Below, piece after piece: positions 24,301-39,600 of a stretch of 64,000 nucleotides of DNA. The stretch comes from Seison nebaliae (lineage: Eukaryota). The notes under the pieces were generated by a model. The model was given only the letters and a program-made list of their open reading frames with translations, did not search any database and was not told where the DNA came from. Position numbers and translations under genes: made by a program. Each line of letters starts with the position of its first letter. The stretch's first letter is position 1. Where the stretch lies: NCBI GenBank assembly GCA_023231475.1, contig JALJEE010001081.1, positions 62,001 through 126,000 of the forward strand, in the 5' to 3' direction.

Positions 24301-27300
24301 GTACATTTGTTGCACTCGCGAGTCGCCACCAGAAAGGAATGTGATGAATCATGAAACTCTTCGAATGGATGTAAGAGAAATGGGTTGAAATGGGAGTGAA
24401 AAGTCGGTAATAAGTCAAATAAGAAACAATTAGGGAGCAAAGCAACATGTGAACGATAACAAGAAAAGAAATGATGTTTCGTATAAATACTTATTTCTTC
24501 ATCTAAATGACTTGTTGAGGAAAAAATCATTTAAGAATTAATAAGAATAGCAATAAATCGAAGAAGGCGAGGAAGAAGAAAGAGAAGAAGACTAAATCAA
24601 ATGCCTCTTATAGATGTGGGATATCATTGATAATCATCTATCAATATAAATATGAATACATGTGTATTTATCATTATAGGCTGATGAATGAAGTCTCAAA
24701 TAAAGTATCTCTATATCTGCATATGTAAACGATATGAGAATCGTTAAGAATTGGTCTGGACATCTCCTCCGAGGGGAGAAGTGGGACGACTCACACATCC
24801 TATTCGTTTCCATTACCGAATCATTGATACGGGTCTCATTGATCGGGGGAGGAGAGGTGATAGATCTACGATGAATTGAAAGTTTGTCCCCGTGCGATCA
24901 TCTGTCCAACTTCAATAAAAGTATGTAGAGAAAGTATGTGAGTATGAGAAAGGAATAAATGAATAAATAGGAAAAATCATTTATTCACATTAAGAACAAC
25001 ACAAACTATTTGCCTGGTTATGGCGATTAAAACAACTATTTACTAATTTGTCATAACGGATGCGGCTGTCTTTCATTCACTTCGATTCACTCCTTTTCTT
25101 TACACTTTCTTCTCTCTGTATCTCCTCCAATCTTAACAACTCATTCCCTTCTTCGTTTTAATTTCATCAACATTTTTCACTCGACTACTTTCGTGATATT
25201 TTTATTATTCCTTTCGAAATTCATATCAATTGTATTTTTACTCTGCCTTATTATCATTAATGTATTAAAGTAATCATTCGAAGACGATGTAGAGAGAATC
25301 AAACAGTTATCGACTAACTAAACAAATAAATTAGTAAGGAGAGTGAAGTGACTGAAACACCGAAAGAAAGAAAGAAAGAAAAAAGATCGAACAGTTGAAA
25401 AGATAATGCGTGATGATATAAATCGAACAGATGGGTTAAGGAAGACGAAACTGAAAGAAATGAAAGAACTGTTTACAAGTCTCATAAAACTATAATTTGA
25501 TTCATCTCTTTATATCGACAATCATCATCATCATCATCATGATTGTTGTTGTTGTGGGTATGATGAAAAGTGAATAAAGGGCGAAAACAATACAAATTGA
25601 AATTGTTAATTATAGAGATCGGAGTAACGGTGTGGAAGGAAGAAATCATTTTAGTAAATAGAATAGTTGATGGATTTGTTGTCAATGAGAGAAAGTAATG
25701 AAGAGAATGTTCCTTAGTATGCAGTATGATAAAATAAGTACGCGGAAATAAGAAAGTTGAATGATTAATAGTTTTTCTTCTAACAGAGGTATCCATGTTT
25801 ATTATTCATTTGTATGTATATTGATGCTTCCAAAATAATTTCTAATTTTATTATTCTTCTTATTATTGAGAAATGAATTAATGATTTTGAAATAATACTT
25901 CTATCAACTCAAATCATGTTACACGTGAGAGTGCTGACGTCTCATTCTCCACTGTGGCTGTGTGGCGGTGCGTGTCAGAACCTAAACGAGTTCTTCCATA
26001 AAAATTAATGTTATTGTTCCCATTAATATTACACTATACACAAAAAGAAAAGTAATCGGTGGATATGTAAGTACCAATTCAATTTACATATATATCATTC
26101 GAATTATTTAACTTCCATCATCATCATCATCATCATCATCATCGTCAATATAACAAAGAGAAGGGAATTAAGAAGAAAAATAAATGATTTGTATGACATA
26201 TTTTTGGCAATACTTCCATTTTTAATGAATATGTACGTATCATCATCATGAGCATCATGATCAGCAACTAAGAGAACAATGTGGAGAAATAATGGTTAAA
26301 GAATTTTTAATTAAATATTTTTATTTTTCAAAGACATATCATAATCAACAGGAACAATAACATCGGAACACATATTTGGAGAATGTTGTTTTCCTTTCAA
26401 TTCGATGTACAACTTAATTCCCTCTTCTGCCTCAATTACCTTTTAGACAATTGCCTGTAACTATAAATCGACTAACAATTAAATTTATTCACATTAATGT
26501 TAGGGAAGAAGGAGTACTATGTACTTAACTGCTTTCTACATGATAATCATGACTGCGAGCTAAAGAAATACTAATCCGACGGATGGTTGGATGTTGAGGA
26601 AGAAAGAAAAACTTTCTTCGCCTAATTCCCCTAATTAATTACATTCTCATTCTGAAACTTAAGCACATTATCTAATGGTACTTACCTAGAAATGGCTCGC
26701 ACATTATTGAAATTCAAATAATTGGGAATAAATCCCAATGATCTTTGAATGAAATTATACAACTTTTTGATAACTTTCTAATCGAATGACTGGCTTATCA
26801 TATTCTATCACATGCTATCTCTGTTTTGGGATAAACAGAAGAAGATTTGAATCAATATTTGAAATTGAGAATGATTTCAATTGAATCTCCTCTTTGTTTT
26901 ATGAGCGACCTTCCTCATCTCATTCGATTAGGAGTTAAGTTGCGATTAGTGTGTGAAGTGGGAAGTGATTGTATTTATATTAACATGAATCTTTGTTTAC
27001 CGATAGGAATGTTTGATTATTATGAGAAGATTGATGGTGTGTGTATGTGTGTGTGAGTGTGTGTGAGGAAAGAATGAACCTTCAACTAGTCGACGAAGAC
27101 GAATGTACGTTATCCGTTGATGGTATGTACATGTGGAACGGGTCGTATAGAAAGAGAAGTCAAATGGAATAAAAATTCTAATTGGCATTGGAAGAAGACG
27201 TCGGATAAACCGTTCGAACGGAAATATGAAGAATTATTATGAATGGAACATCCGATTATTGACGAGTAGATATGAGGAATTATCGACAATATCATCAAAA

Positions 27301-30300
27301 TAAAGATTGGAACGACAGACAAATAAAAATGAATTAAATTACTTGTCGTTGTTGTTGTTGTTGTTAGTTCAATTAGTTTCCACTTAACATCTTTTCCACA
27401 CTTACAATTCTCATTCGATGGAAACAATGCCACATAAGAAGATTGATTACATAATGATGGATGAATTTAGTGAATGAAATCATTTATGTAACTAGTCTGA
27501 TGCCAAATGAGATTCATCACGTGAACATAATTCTTTAGATGATCATTAATGTATCTGGAGGTTTTTTCCCTCTGCCCGCATGGGAGAAATATGTAAATGA
27601 ACTTGTTTTATCATTTCAATTCAAATCGTCTGCTTTCGGAGAACGAGAAAGAGAGAGAGGAGAAGGAAGACAAGACAAGATGAATCAGATTTGCTTCTTC
27701 ATCGATAGCATGCTCCTCCATCATGGTGATAATGGAGAGAATAAGTTGTTGTTTGAAGATGAAATGGAGAAGGAATGAAGGAGAATGATTTGTATAAACA
27801 AAAATTATGTAGAGTTGAACGGAAAGACAAGAGCAAATGAAGTAAATGAAACGAATTGTAGTTGGGGGAAGGTGAATTTTATGGAACGAACGAAAAAACG
27901 AACCAAACAATAATAATAATAATAATAATAATAATGTTAATAATATTATGGAATGTAGTTGTAGTGATGATGGAAATTGAATCAAATCAAATACAGCATA
28001 AAGACGTGAATAATTATATGGAATATGTGAATATGGGGAAAGGTTCCACATTTTAGAAAGTGATGATGATAATGAGGAACTTAATGTAATAAATGAAGAA
28101 ATACTTATTATTTTAATATTATTTAATCAGATCGATCTATTATCAGACCATTCCGTACGTGTACATAATAGGGGAGAATGTCTTATTGAATATCAACAAG
28201 AGCCACCGCGCTAGAGTTTATTACACTCATTTATTTGTATACGAATTACTTATTGACAGATACGTGTGTAAATGTTCGTCGATTGATATTAATTCCGTTC
28301 AACTCTTCTAATTAAGTATGAATTGAATGGCATAGAGAAGATAAATGTTGGGATGAAAGAATGAAAAGTAACGGAGAATAACGACTCTATATTGCTTCTT
28401 AAACTCTTTTATTTCCATTCATCTTGCCGCATTCACAGCAATAATCATCATCTCTCTATGAATGATTTGGTGGGTTGATGGAGTGTAATATTCATCCGAC
28501 CCAACACGCCAGAGAAAGACACTTGTATATAATGTCGACTAAGCGACATCTAAGACGGAGAATAGACTATACATATAATCGACTAATAAATAAAAATACA
28601 ATTAGAAAAGAACATTGGAATTGATAGATAAAATGAGAAAGAAGAACCATTCCGTTCTCAATGAAGTAGAAAGGAAAATACATGGAAACATCACCGACAC
28701 TTTTCCGCAGTCGTCAGGGCACTTGTCTCCTCACTAGCCAACTATCAAATATGGTCATTTCGCCAATGACTTATAAGCTTAATATATTCACACTCAATAA
28801 TACTCATTGGTGGGAGTTGGTTGACACGTCGTCTTTATACGCCCGTCTAACTAATGTCATGAAAAGCTACTTGTCTCCATCATACAGTTTGTTTAGTGGT
28901 GGTTGCTGTGTGAAGATTAATGTCGAAATAATAAAAATAGTTATTGGCTCAATATAATTTATTCAATTTCTTCCTTTCGACAGATTTCTCCTTATGATAA
29001 TCGTTTTGTTTAACTTAACTATATATATCTTTTCTCACGTTCCTCATTCAATTAAGATTCCTTCTCCTTCTCTCCTCCTCCTCTCCAACTCGACACCATC
29101 ATTGTTAACAAGTCCATTATCTGTCAACATCCTCCTTAATATTCCTCGACATGTCTTACTAACTTGCCACGATTTAACGATGAAACCAACGAAGAAATTT
29201 ATTATAAAAATAAAGAACTGTCTTGCAAGACGAATTTGAACAGGTCATAAGTTCGATAAAATAACAACAAATTAAACGAGAAAAATAAGCATGAATGAAG
29301 GTATAAATGAACGAGAAATGAACGAGAAATGATGGCATATAATTATGTCGTTAATTGTTCCGATGTTAATTAATGACATTCCCATCTAACTTCTATTAAC
29401 TAAAACTATAAATTGATGATTGATAAAAAAAGGATAAAATTTGAAAATTATCTTCAAATTATGACGAAAAAGCAATGTCTAGTGAAAGTGGCGGATGGAG
29501 TGTAATTGGAATACGATTCGAAATATGTGGAGTTATGTTTGAAGGAATATCAAGGTGCTTCAATCGACGGAAATAAAGTGAAGAGTACGAGAAGTAAGAA
29601 TATTCTTCAAACGGAAATCTCCTCACTCATTTTCGAACATTTGAATATTCGAGAATAAAAGGCCAACTTCCTCACACACACACACAAACACACACACTCA
29701 CAAGAGAATCAAAGACATTTTTGAGGTGGTTGATGTAGTCGAAGTTTACTTGCGGTGATAGAAAGCGGAACAAATTAAGAAGAATAATGTGATGATTGTG
29801 GTGGTAATTGATCGATATAAATGAATCAATTATAAGTCTCCGATTGAATTGAAAGAAATATGTTGTAGTAGTTAAGGAATTGGGAATGAGACAACTAAAC
29901 TCCGACAAAGAAAAATTACTTCATAATATGAGAGATAGATAGTTTGGAGAGGAGGGGAGCGAGATCGAATGGAACGGAAAGAAGTAACACGGAATGGAAT
30001 AAGAAGAGTACAAGTAAAGTGGGGGGGAACAGTAAAAGAACAAGCGAATTAGAAAGAATGAATAAATGATTGAATGTCTCTTGCCTCCTTATCGTTCTGT
30101 GAATTATAATTTTCGTATTTATGATGAAAGGAAAACAAAAGTAAACGAAGAGGGAAACGATCAACATATATTGTTTCTCTAGTTAAAATGACGAAGAAAT
30201 AAAGAAAAGGACTTCGGAATGTATATATTGTTGATTATCTCATATCTTTATTGTTAAACGGATGAAACTCTTTGGGAGCATAATGAATTATGTTGGAAAT

Positions 30301-31254
30301 GATTTATTTTCCTTCTCTTACCTCTGCTCCTCTCTCCCGACGAACACGAACATCTATTTTGATGAATTCTCTTCCCTTCCCCCAATACCACCATTCCTTT
30401 CTATCAAACTAATCATTAATGATACATATTATGGAAGTATTAATGTACAAAATATCACACAATTCTCATCTTCTACAAATCTAACATTAGTGCCACCAAT
30501 TGGAATAGTGATATTGTCAATTCATGTTCGCATGAAGCGACAAGCTTATTCTTCTTATTCCTCAACATTATGAACAGCATCATTTACACAATAATCTAGG
30601 ACCTAGATTCTAGGTCCTTCGAGGATAGTCTCTTCAAATCCATTCATCGGAAACACATATACTTATTATCTGTTTCTAAACGCATATTTTATGCAAATTC
30701 TCTTTCTTTCAAATTTTTTCATTTGTCAACATAACTCGAATTCCTGCCAATTCAATTGATCTCACTTTAATAATTATTATTATTACTGTTGTTGTTGTTG
30801 TTATTTGAGAGAATCCTTCACACATATACATATCATCTATGTATTGTCAATAATTTCTGTCGTAAAAATTGAAAGGGCGAGAATGGATGAATAAATTCCA
30901 TTACTTTTGATACTTTCATTCCGAGAGCAATTTCAATCAATAATTCTCCGTCATTATTTTATCAATTCCTCCAAATATCTCGAACGTCTTTCATTCGTTT
31001 CATCGGAGAAAATATTTGTTCTAATTCTTTTCACGTTGTCACTCTTCTAATCGGTGAGATATTATGCTTGTTGAACAGTTTCTCTCGTCCACCATTAATC
31101 CAGGTCAATATAGATGAAATTGTTCTATTTCTTACAAATTCATTACGATAATATTAATTCGCGACTGATTTACTCCAAATCAACAATGACCCGTCTCGAT
31201 ATCTCAATCGTTTGACGTATAGACGCAAGTCGAATGATCGGGATACTTCTCCAC

Positions 31255-31551
31255 CTTTCCAGTTCTTCTATTCGAACCGGACACTTTCCAAATCTAATTT
31301 GAAGTTCGTAAATTTTTAAACAACCGCGAACTTTTTTGACAGTTCTTAACTAAATTTGAATTGAAATTTGAAATTGTTTTTATAGTTCTGAAGTTAAGAA
31401 CGATTTGATACTAAAGGAAACTCTGCTCAAAATAAATTATCTGGTGTACTAAAAATGTGATGTAATCTGATAGAAAATTAAAAAGTTGTTGAGAAAAGGT
31501 CGAATTTTTTGGATTTGGAAGATGTCCGGTTCGAGTCCAAGAATTGGAAAG
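31255..31551. mobile_element. Degenerate MITE-like element with ~40-bp imperfect terminal inverted repeats
   Basis: Left arm ctttccagttcttctattcgaaccggacactttccaaatc versus reverse complement of right arm ctttccaattcttggactcgaaccggacatcttccaaatc. Inner inverted pair gttcttaact/agttaagaac. No target-site duplication seen. Confidence 0.55.
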
Positions 31552-34450
31552 ATTGACTATTGTCCTCCTACGATAGAGTATTGGTAGTTAAATGTCTGTA
31601 CAAATTTCGATTGATCGTCGACCTAAACTTCTCCGATGATTGTTTCTATGAGAATTATGTCGACTCGAACAATTAATTGATATCTAGTAATTGATGGATG
31701 TGTACCTCTTATTTATGTTTCTTTTAAGAGAATTATAGATTATCGAATTGTGACACAGTTGGAGCATTCGACACAAAACTAATATGGAATTAAAAGAACT
31801 AGAAGTATTCCATCCTTGACTTGTAGCGGGGAGGAAAGAATTATAAGATATTACACAATTGGAAAAGACGTTTGGTTGTCGAGGAATTAGTGTGTTTGAG
31901 AGGAAGAGAAAGGTAATAATCAAATCAATAGTAGGGAAGTATGTTGATATGAAGTTAAATGAGGGAACCGAATAATATTAATAAGAACAAGGGTCATAAA
32001 AAAGAATGATTGTCGTAGGTAATTGAATATATTGGGGAGGGGGTTTTCTTCGATGAATTGACTCAAATATTTATGGGGGAAGCAAACTAACTTAAATTCA
32101 TAATAAATAATATTTCTGGGAAAGAAATTTCTCAATTGTGTTGTTGGTGATATATAATGGGAAAATTTTAACTTATGTCGTCGTAACCAAATAAAGCAAA
32201 ACTTAAAATTATTAGATATATTCTCCTTTTCGATTATCATGTTTCCTCTCCATCTACCTCCTCGTCCTCCATCTCTCTTACTTACTTACATAATAGTATG
32301 GGGAAGAGCTGCTTAAACTAACTGGAAATTGCATGTCGATTTGTCAATTGGAATGAATCAATCGTTATGTTTTCTTCTTTCTTTCTTTTTTTCTTTCTTC
32401 GATTACTTCTCTTTTGCACTTGGATGTGAAAAGATTGCATTGCTTCACATTAAATTACGTAATAATCAGTTTTTACACAAGTTAAGTTATTTTCGGAAGA
32501 AAACTTAAACAGAGGGAGGTAATTGCTTGCCTCCCTAATCATAATAATGAGAATAATGGTGGGTAATCTTCCAATTAATCATCGAATTATGATAAAAGAA
32601 AAATGAATATTATTCATTGAATAATAAAACGATAACTTCCATCTTAACACTTTGACATTTATGGTCGCTTTCGTATCGAACTCAATCAACTACTACTATT
32701 ACTACAATCTTACCTCTCTCCCCTACAATTGATTAAATCAATTTTTCTTCATCCATCTTCCACTCTCCCAACGGCTAAGGCGCGAAATTTCTGCTCAAGC
32801 GAAGAGGTGAAAGAAAGTATCATCATTGACATATGTTTACAACCGGGGAAGAATGTTGTAGAGGGGAGGGGATGAATTGAACGAAAACTTCATAGTTGGA
32901 TGGAGCAATTGGAATAAAATGAAAAATGGCTTAAATGAATATGATTTAATGACAACTTAAATTCAATCCTTTCTTTGACGATAGAAATAAAGAGATATAA
33001 TAACAGTCAACACAATCGACTATTCATCGACGAGCTACCGACGAAAAATAAAAGACTAACAAAGCGAGAAAGTAAGAATATTAGATAATATGAGATAGTG
33101 CATGTCTCTCTACTTTTTCGCTTTCTTTCTCTAACATTTGTATGATATATTTGTATAATTATGTTTACTAATATCATACGTCGAAGTAGAAAACAAAAAG
33201 GAAAGAATAATAATAATCATACTCTCCCCAACTGATTAGAAGGGAAGATTAATATCAATTTTTCTACTTGCTTCACTTTCATTATTATCCTCATCATCTA
33301 TCATTATATGATGAGGAAAATCTAACCTAATATACGCGATGATAATATAAATGATATAATTCTCCTACTAATAAATAGTTTCATTTCTATGAATAATTTT
33401 GATTTATTTATAATTGTACATATTATTATCTGATGCTTCGATTTGGCCGATCTCTGCCAATCCATTCACCATATACACCACAACCATATTATGTTACGCC
33501 AATTCATATTATGGCAAGTGTTATAATGATAATTAAATAAAATAATTTAACGTTTCGTAGAAGAAGATCGTATTCCTTCAACTTGTCACTCATTCAATCG
33601 TTCATTTCATGTCAACCAAATTCCTATCATCATCAATTCTCTCATTATTATCTTCTCATATCAATCCCCCTCACATTCATCACGATTGTGTTGATAGTTT
33701 TCCTCATTACACTTATTATATAATCGAGAAGTAATAACTATATCTAATTTCATTTAACAATGAATATCATCAACCATTTGTTTGACAATAAAACTCTTCT
33801 ATTTCTTCACTAAATTATTATGAAATTATCATCAAATTATCATTAAAGAAGTATTAGAGAATTTTAATTATGAAAATCAAGGAAACGATTTCGATTGATC
33901 GACAAAAGCAAAAAAAACTACTTTTTTCAAACATTCTAATTTGTTTACTCTACAATTTTTTTTCTACGTAGTCAACACTCGACTAAGTGGCTCGTAGACG
34001 AGGAATGTTACGTATTTATCAAATTGTTTGTTTCGAATTGAATTATTCGTTACCAAATCATGAAAGAATGACAGAGGAGTATCGAAAGAAATTATAATTG
34101 TTGCCGATCGATAACTTCTATGACAATCCCTAAATTTGTTGACATTACTTAGAGAAGATTCAAATTGACTTCTTCACAATCACAGTGCTCTTAAGACTTA
34201 CGGATATCTTAATAATTACTTATCTTAAGTGGGAACTTCATAGTTTTGTTTATCCTTAAGAAATGATCAATTATTTCTGTCCTGCTCCTAGTTAAGTGGA
34301 AAAGAAATGTACATTCGGTGTTATAAGTTGAAAAATAAGAAATATAAATAATACAACACACAGCATTCCAATTAAGAATAAACAAATACTTAAGCACAAC
34401 AACTGGAAGTTTGGAGAGAAGAAATACCTAATTTCCTGTAACTAATTTCT

Positions 34451-34480
34451 ACCGATTATTTACCGATTATTTACCGATTA
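34451..34480. repeat. 11-bp tandem repeat (accgattattt), about 2.7 copies
   Basis: accgattattt accgattattt accgatta. Confidence 0.8.
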
Positions 34481-36624
34481 ATTTTCAATTTGTCTTTTAT
34501 AAAAATTTTAATCATATACATAAATGGGAAATGTAATTTGGAATTGTTATGAAAAAATAAAACTGAAAAATATCGTTTGGTAATAACAAACTCGATGAAT
34601 TGAGAATCGCTGTTATGATAATATTCGTTCCAAAATCAGGTGAATTGATGGGAGAAGGAAAAGGAAAGAAATGGCGGAAAGGAAGAAAATTGAATGATTT
34701 AATGATTTTTCCGTTAATGATTTTGGAACTGGTAAATTTTTCATCTTCCCTTGATATGTTGTCAGGTTAAGTGCCTGCGTGTGAGGAAAAGATTGATGGT
34801 TGTTCATCCGTTCAAATTGATTCATCGACAAATGGAAATTAGTGTCAAATGAAATGTAATGGAAAGGGGATGGAATTGAATGGAAATCGAATCGTTTTGT
34901 TTAGGTATGTTGGACTGAAGTTTGAATGTTTATGATTAGATGAAGCAGAAGAAAGTATTAAGTGCATTGGAGGAATATTAGTAGGGAATTACATCGAATC
35001 AGCATCATCACCAACATTCGGACATGTCATTTATAAATAATGTTAATATGGTTTGACTTACAAGAGTTTGTTAGGGGGAATTTGAATGGAAATGAGAATG
35101 GAAATATTTCGGAGATTAACATTACGTCAACAAGTTGTTATGCATAATTTCTATTATTATTATTATTATTATTGTGGACATTGGGATGCATGAACGATTG
35201 AATGGATGGATGACTGAATGGATGTTCAGTTAATTAATTAAACTAATATTGGAAGTATTAGAGATGTTGAAGAGAATGATAATGTTTTGGGAGGTGATGA
35301 AGTCCGTAATAGAATTGAGTGAAATGAAGAATTGGAAGGAGAATGATTGAGAAAGTTGATATGTCGAGGAGTGTGTATGTAGCAGATGGAACTTAATTGA
35401 AAGTTTATTGTTCGTTGATTTAGTGACATGCTAAATAATCGAAATGTTATTCATCTTCTTCATCTTCTTTTCGTTAAGGAAGTACTCGATTCATTCGATT
35501 CATAATACGAAGGAGAAGAACATATTTATTAATTATGGCACATACCTCAACGCACATACATCGAACAGAAATGGCTGTTGGGTTGGGGTGTCCTCGACCT
35601 CGATACCGAGAAGAAAGGGATCGATCAGTTCGGAAAAGATTTATCATTCAATCATGAGAGAAGTAGGGAGTAATTGAGGAACATAAGTGTATTTTGAAGA
35701 TATTCCTACACATACACACACATCATACTCACCTGTACTACATAAACATTATTCGTATCACTTTGTCTCCTTTTCGACTTTTCCTTCCGATTCACTTAGT
35801 CAATTAATTGTGAAAGAAGTTCTCGATCAAATATCAGAATTTTGTCAATGTTAAACAGATTCTCTGTATCTTTCCTCTCGACGATGTTCGTCGAATTCGA
35901 CTACTTAAATTAGTTACTTAATCTGATGATTCGACTAAATCGACGAGCGATCAATGTAAAGAAAACAATGAAAATTTATGAAGAACCGAGAGAGATATCG
36001 GTAAATGTATTCGTTCGTTTCGCTTCATATTTGATGCTAATCTCAATTCTCTCGGATTATGTTTAGGATTCGAATGAAGATCACATACCCTTGAAATTAT
36101 TAGGGGGAGGAGGATGGGGGAGAAGAAGAAATGATGATTGTTCATCAATTATTTCAACATTGAAATAATCAAAACATTTCTAATTAAATTTCTCATCTCA
36201 AATAAGAGGAAAAGGAGGCATCATCATCTATGAAAATGATTTGAAGTGTCGATGACAATCGAATGAATTCATGTGAATCGTTACCCGATTAGGTGTGTGA
36301 ATCAATAAATGTAATAACGAAATGTGATGTTGATGAGTCAATATGGAGAAGATTTGACGGTGTATTGTAAATGTAAAGAAGAATATTTTTGTGATATTTC
36401 ATAATTGATAACAATTGATGGATGAACGATTTGAGTCTTTGTGGAATTGGGTTTTGTGAGAAGTTTATTGAAAGATGAAATTACTGCAACCTAATCGATC
36501 AATCAATCATTAAGAAAAAAAACGAGATACAATGAAGAAGAATAGTTGTTGAAAATAATATAGAAATGATTAGAAATGATTAGGAAAGTTATAGGTAGAA
36601 AACGGCAGAGGTTGAATAAAGATT

Positions 36625-36675
36625 CATCATCAACATCATCATCATCATCATCATCATCATCTTCTTCTTCTTCTT
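36625..36675. repeat. Compound (CAT)n(CTT)n microsatellite
   Basis: Directly visible. Similar CAT, TAA and CA runs recur across the intergenic desert, for example near 26117-26142 and 27910-27935. Confidence 0.9.
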
Positions 36676-39600
36676 ACATAATAATAAAGACACGCTAATG
36701 TCGATTAACGGTGAGTGGTGGGAGAAAGAGATGAAATTAGTTAACAATATTTTGGAGTTGAAAGAGAATACAAAAAATTACTTCCGTTTCCTGCTTAATA
36801 TTCGATTACTTTGGCGATATATGTACAATTTTTATGAATATTGAAGTTAGCTATTATCAATAATAGTTCGGGTACATTGTGTGTTGGGGATGAATAAGAA
36901 GTGTAAATATAAACTTTGATTGTAATTGAATGAGGAGTGAATGAGAGTGGAGGGATAGTCGACCGACCGATCGGTGTATAAGATAGATGACACTAACCTC
37001 CCTTATAGTTTTGATGACGATCGATTTGAGAGGAATTGCTATGAGGGAAATCGTAAGAAAGAAGTAACAGAAGAAGTTCGGTGGCAACTTAAACAAATAA
37101 AAGGAATACATTCTTTTGAATGTTGTATTGAAATATGGGAATAAATGGAATTATTCGTAATTACATGCGTAAACTTTATATTAAGCACAGTTCAGTGTTG
37201 ATTCGAATGTTATGAATAAAGTGGGTGAAAAAGCAAAAGTTATTTAATTCCTCTACGTGTACTATTGCTGCAGTTATTGTTGTTTTTGTTGCTGCTGCTG
37301 TTGTTGTCGTTGTTCGATCATCAATTACATTTTATAGATAATTGTTTTCATTGCCCCTCCCCATGTCTTCTGTGTTCATGCTTAACATTCAATCGAACAC
37401 CATTTAATAAATTATTTTGAGAAGATTTCCATTTCGGAAGATTATGCTACTAACAAATAAACCGAATTAGACATAAGCATATGGCAAGAGGCAAACGGAA
37501 TTCGATTAATTTCATGACATCTCATTTCTAGCATAAGAATTCTAATAAGTTACACAACAATTCTATAATAATGGAATTCTAACACAGAACAATTTTTAAA
37601 TAATTTCCCATTAATCATATAATCGGAAGTCGGATAAACAGAGTCATAAAAAATTCAAAAAATAATACATGTTGTTAAAACAATCGGATTACCGAATAAA
37701 AATTACCGAGAACTTCTTTCTCTTCTATAACGAATTAAAATCGATCGAATATTTTCTGCGCAATATCATCTTAATATGAGAAATATGTCGGTTATACAAA
37801 ATTATCGGTTTTCTTTTTAGTTTGACCGTGTGAAATTAAAACGAATATAAACAATAATAAACTAACAATCTAAAATACTCTAGTTTCCGGTCGTAACTAT
37901 TTAACAACACACTAACCAAAGTAGTCCATTATACTTATAATTACATAATAGTCTTCTTATAATTCGTTAAGTTTCTTTCTTCACTTTAGTGAATAAATTA
38001 TAATTGTAACAAGTTGATGACTAATCGTCAAGTGATTTTGAAAGTTTTATCTCTTATGCTCATTCGATGATCGATCATCATTATTATAATTATTAATATT
38101 ATTATTATGATTATTATAAATTTATTATGTGAATTGGAGGAGAAGTTTCAGTTTGATCAAAAAATTCAATTGTATTTCAAATAAACTAAATTTAATCTTA
38201 TTCAATCATCTTGTCATAACACAAGACACTATGAAACCTGATTGAAGTTACAGATAAAATTTTAATGTGATCCAAAAGAGAAATAATAAATTGATGATAT
38301 GTTCAACGATATTTTGATTATGATAAATTAAAATTATTTCGATTTTATTATTAACTAAAACATTATTATGATGTCAAGTCGCTTCAAATTTCCTATCATT
38401 ATTTTATCGAACAATCTAAAAAATCTCCCAATATCGACAACTGTATGGGAAGAAATAATTGAGACAATGGAAAGCATCGATGGGAAAGCTCACCATAAAT
38501 TATGATTCAATATAACAATAATGACAAATAAGAGATTATAAAAGGAAACTCAAATTATTAAAACTTAAATGTGTCGTCTTTGATGGTTACGCGCCATTTA
38601 TCTGACACTAAACATTCTTCTTTCAATTATTTAATGTTGAAAGTTTCTTTTCAACGTTTATCGAAAAGTTCGATGGGAAATCATTTTTTTCCAAACAATT
38701 AAGGAACACCTTGAGAGTGTTATTATTGTTGTATAAGTAAATCATATACAAACCTTTAATTTAATTGATCTCAATTGATATGTTATAAGTTTTCTGTCTG
38801 AAATTCACTTCTTAATAGTTGCTACTTCTAATGATACGCTTATTCTTGTTGTTGTTGTTCTTCTTATTGTTGTTTTTTGTCTGTCTTGTTTCGACAATGA
38901 TGTTTAGCTTCTTTGATTTGAATCAGTAATTGATTTTAAGGAATATTAACGTTTTCTCTTCGAACAAGAAAATATTTCTATCAAATAAATGGTGAAGAAA
39001 TTTGATTAAGTAATGAAGAAACGAAGGAAGGAAGTCAACTAAAGCGACATTAGAAGGCGAATGCAATACGTCAATTACTCTAATAAGATAGTCGAGTTAA
39101 CTCTATTTGATTTCAGCTAATCCGTCCTGATGTGTGAGAGAGAGAGAGATTCTTCTCTAATTTAATCAATTAACGGGAAGAGAGGAAGATGTTTTGAAGA
39201 TTTCTTTGATCGAATCATTTAGTGGAAGAAGATGAAAATGGAGTATTAGAATTGGAAATGTCGATGACGCCGATTAATTTTCAAATATAATCAATAGGAA
39301 ATATTAATGCGGAAGATTGTCTAAATTCTTTTTATTATTAATGAAGGAAAATTTAAAAATTTCATCTGATTACATCGTCAAACAACGAGTTTATTCTCTG
39401 TTTGAGCTGAATGGTGAGGCAGTTTAGAGTTGTGAAAATAATGTTTTTAATTTGATGTCAATATGAAATAATTTCATAGAATAATAGTATGTGAAGAATG
39501 TTTTACATATCTATCTGAATGAGAATGAACGGTGAGATTGGAGAGCATATCAACTGCAATATAAGTGAGTTGGATAATAATAAGAGGAACAATAACATGG

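Noticed and set aside
26678..26720. TACTTACCT resembling the 5' end of U1 snRNA
   Set aside because: The downstream sequence lacks the U1 stem-loop I/II motifs and an Sm site.
31520..31545. tRNA gene suggested by GGTTCGAGTCC
   Set aside because: No A-box or cloverleaf could be built; it is better explained as part of an inverted repeat.
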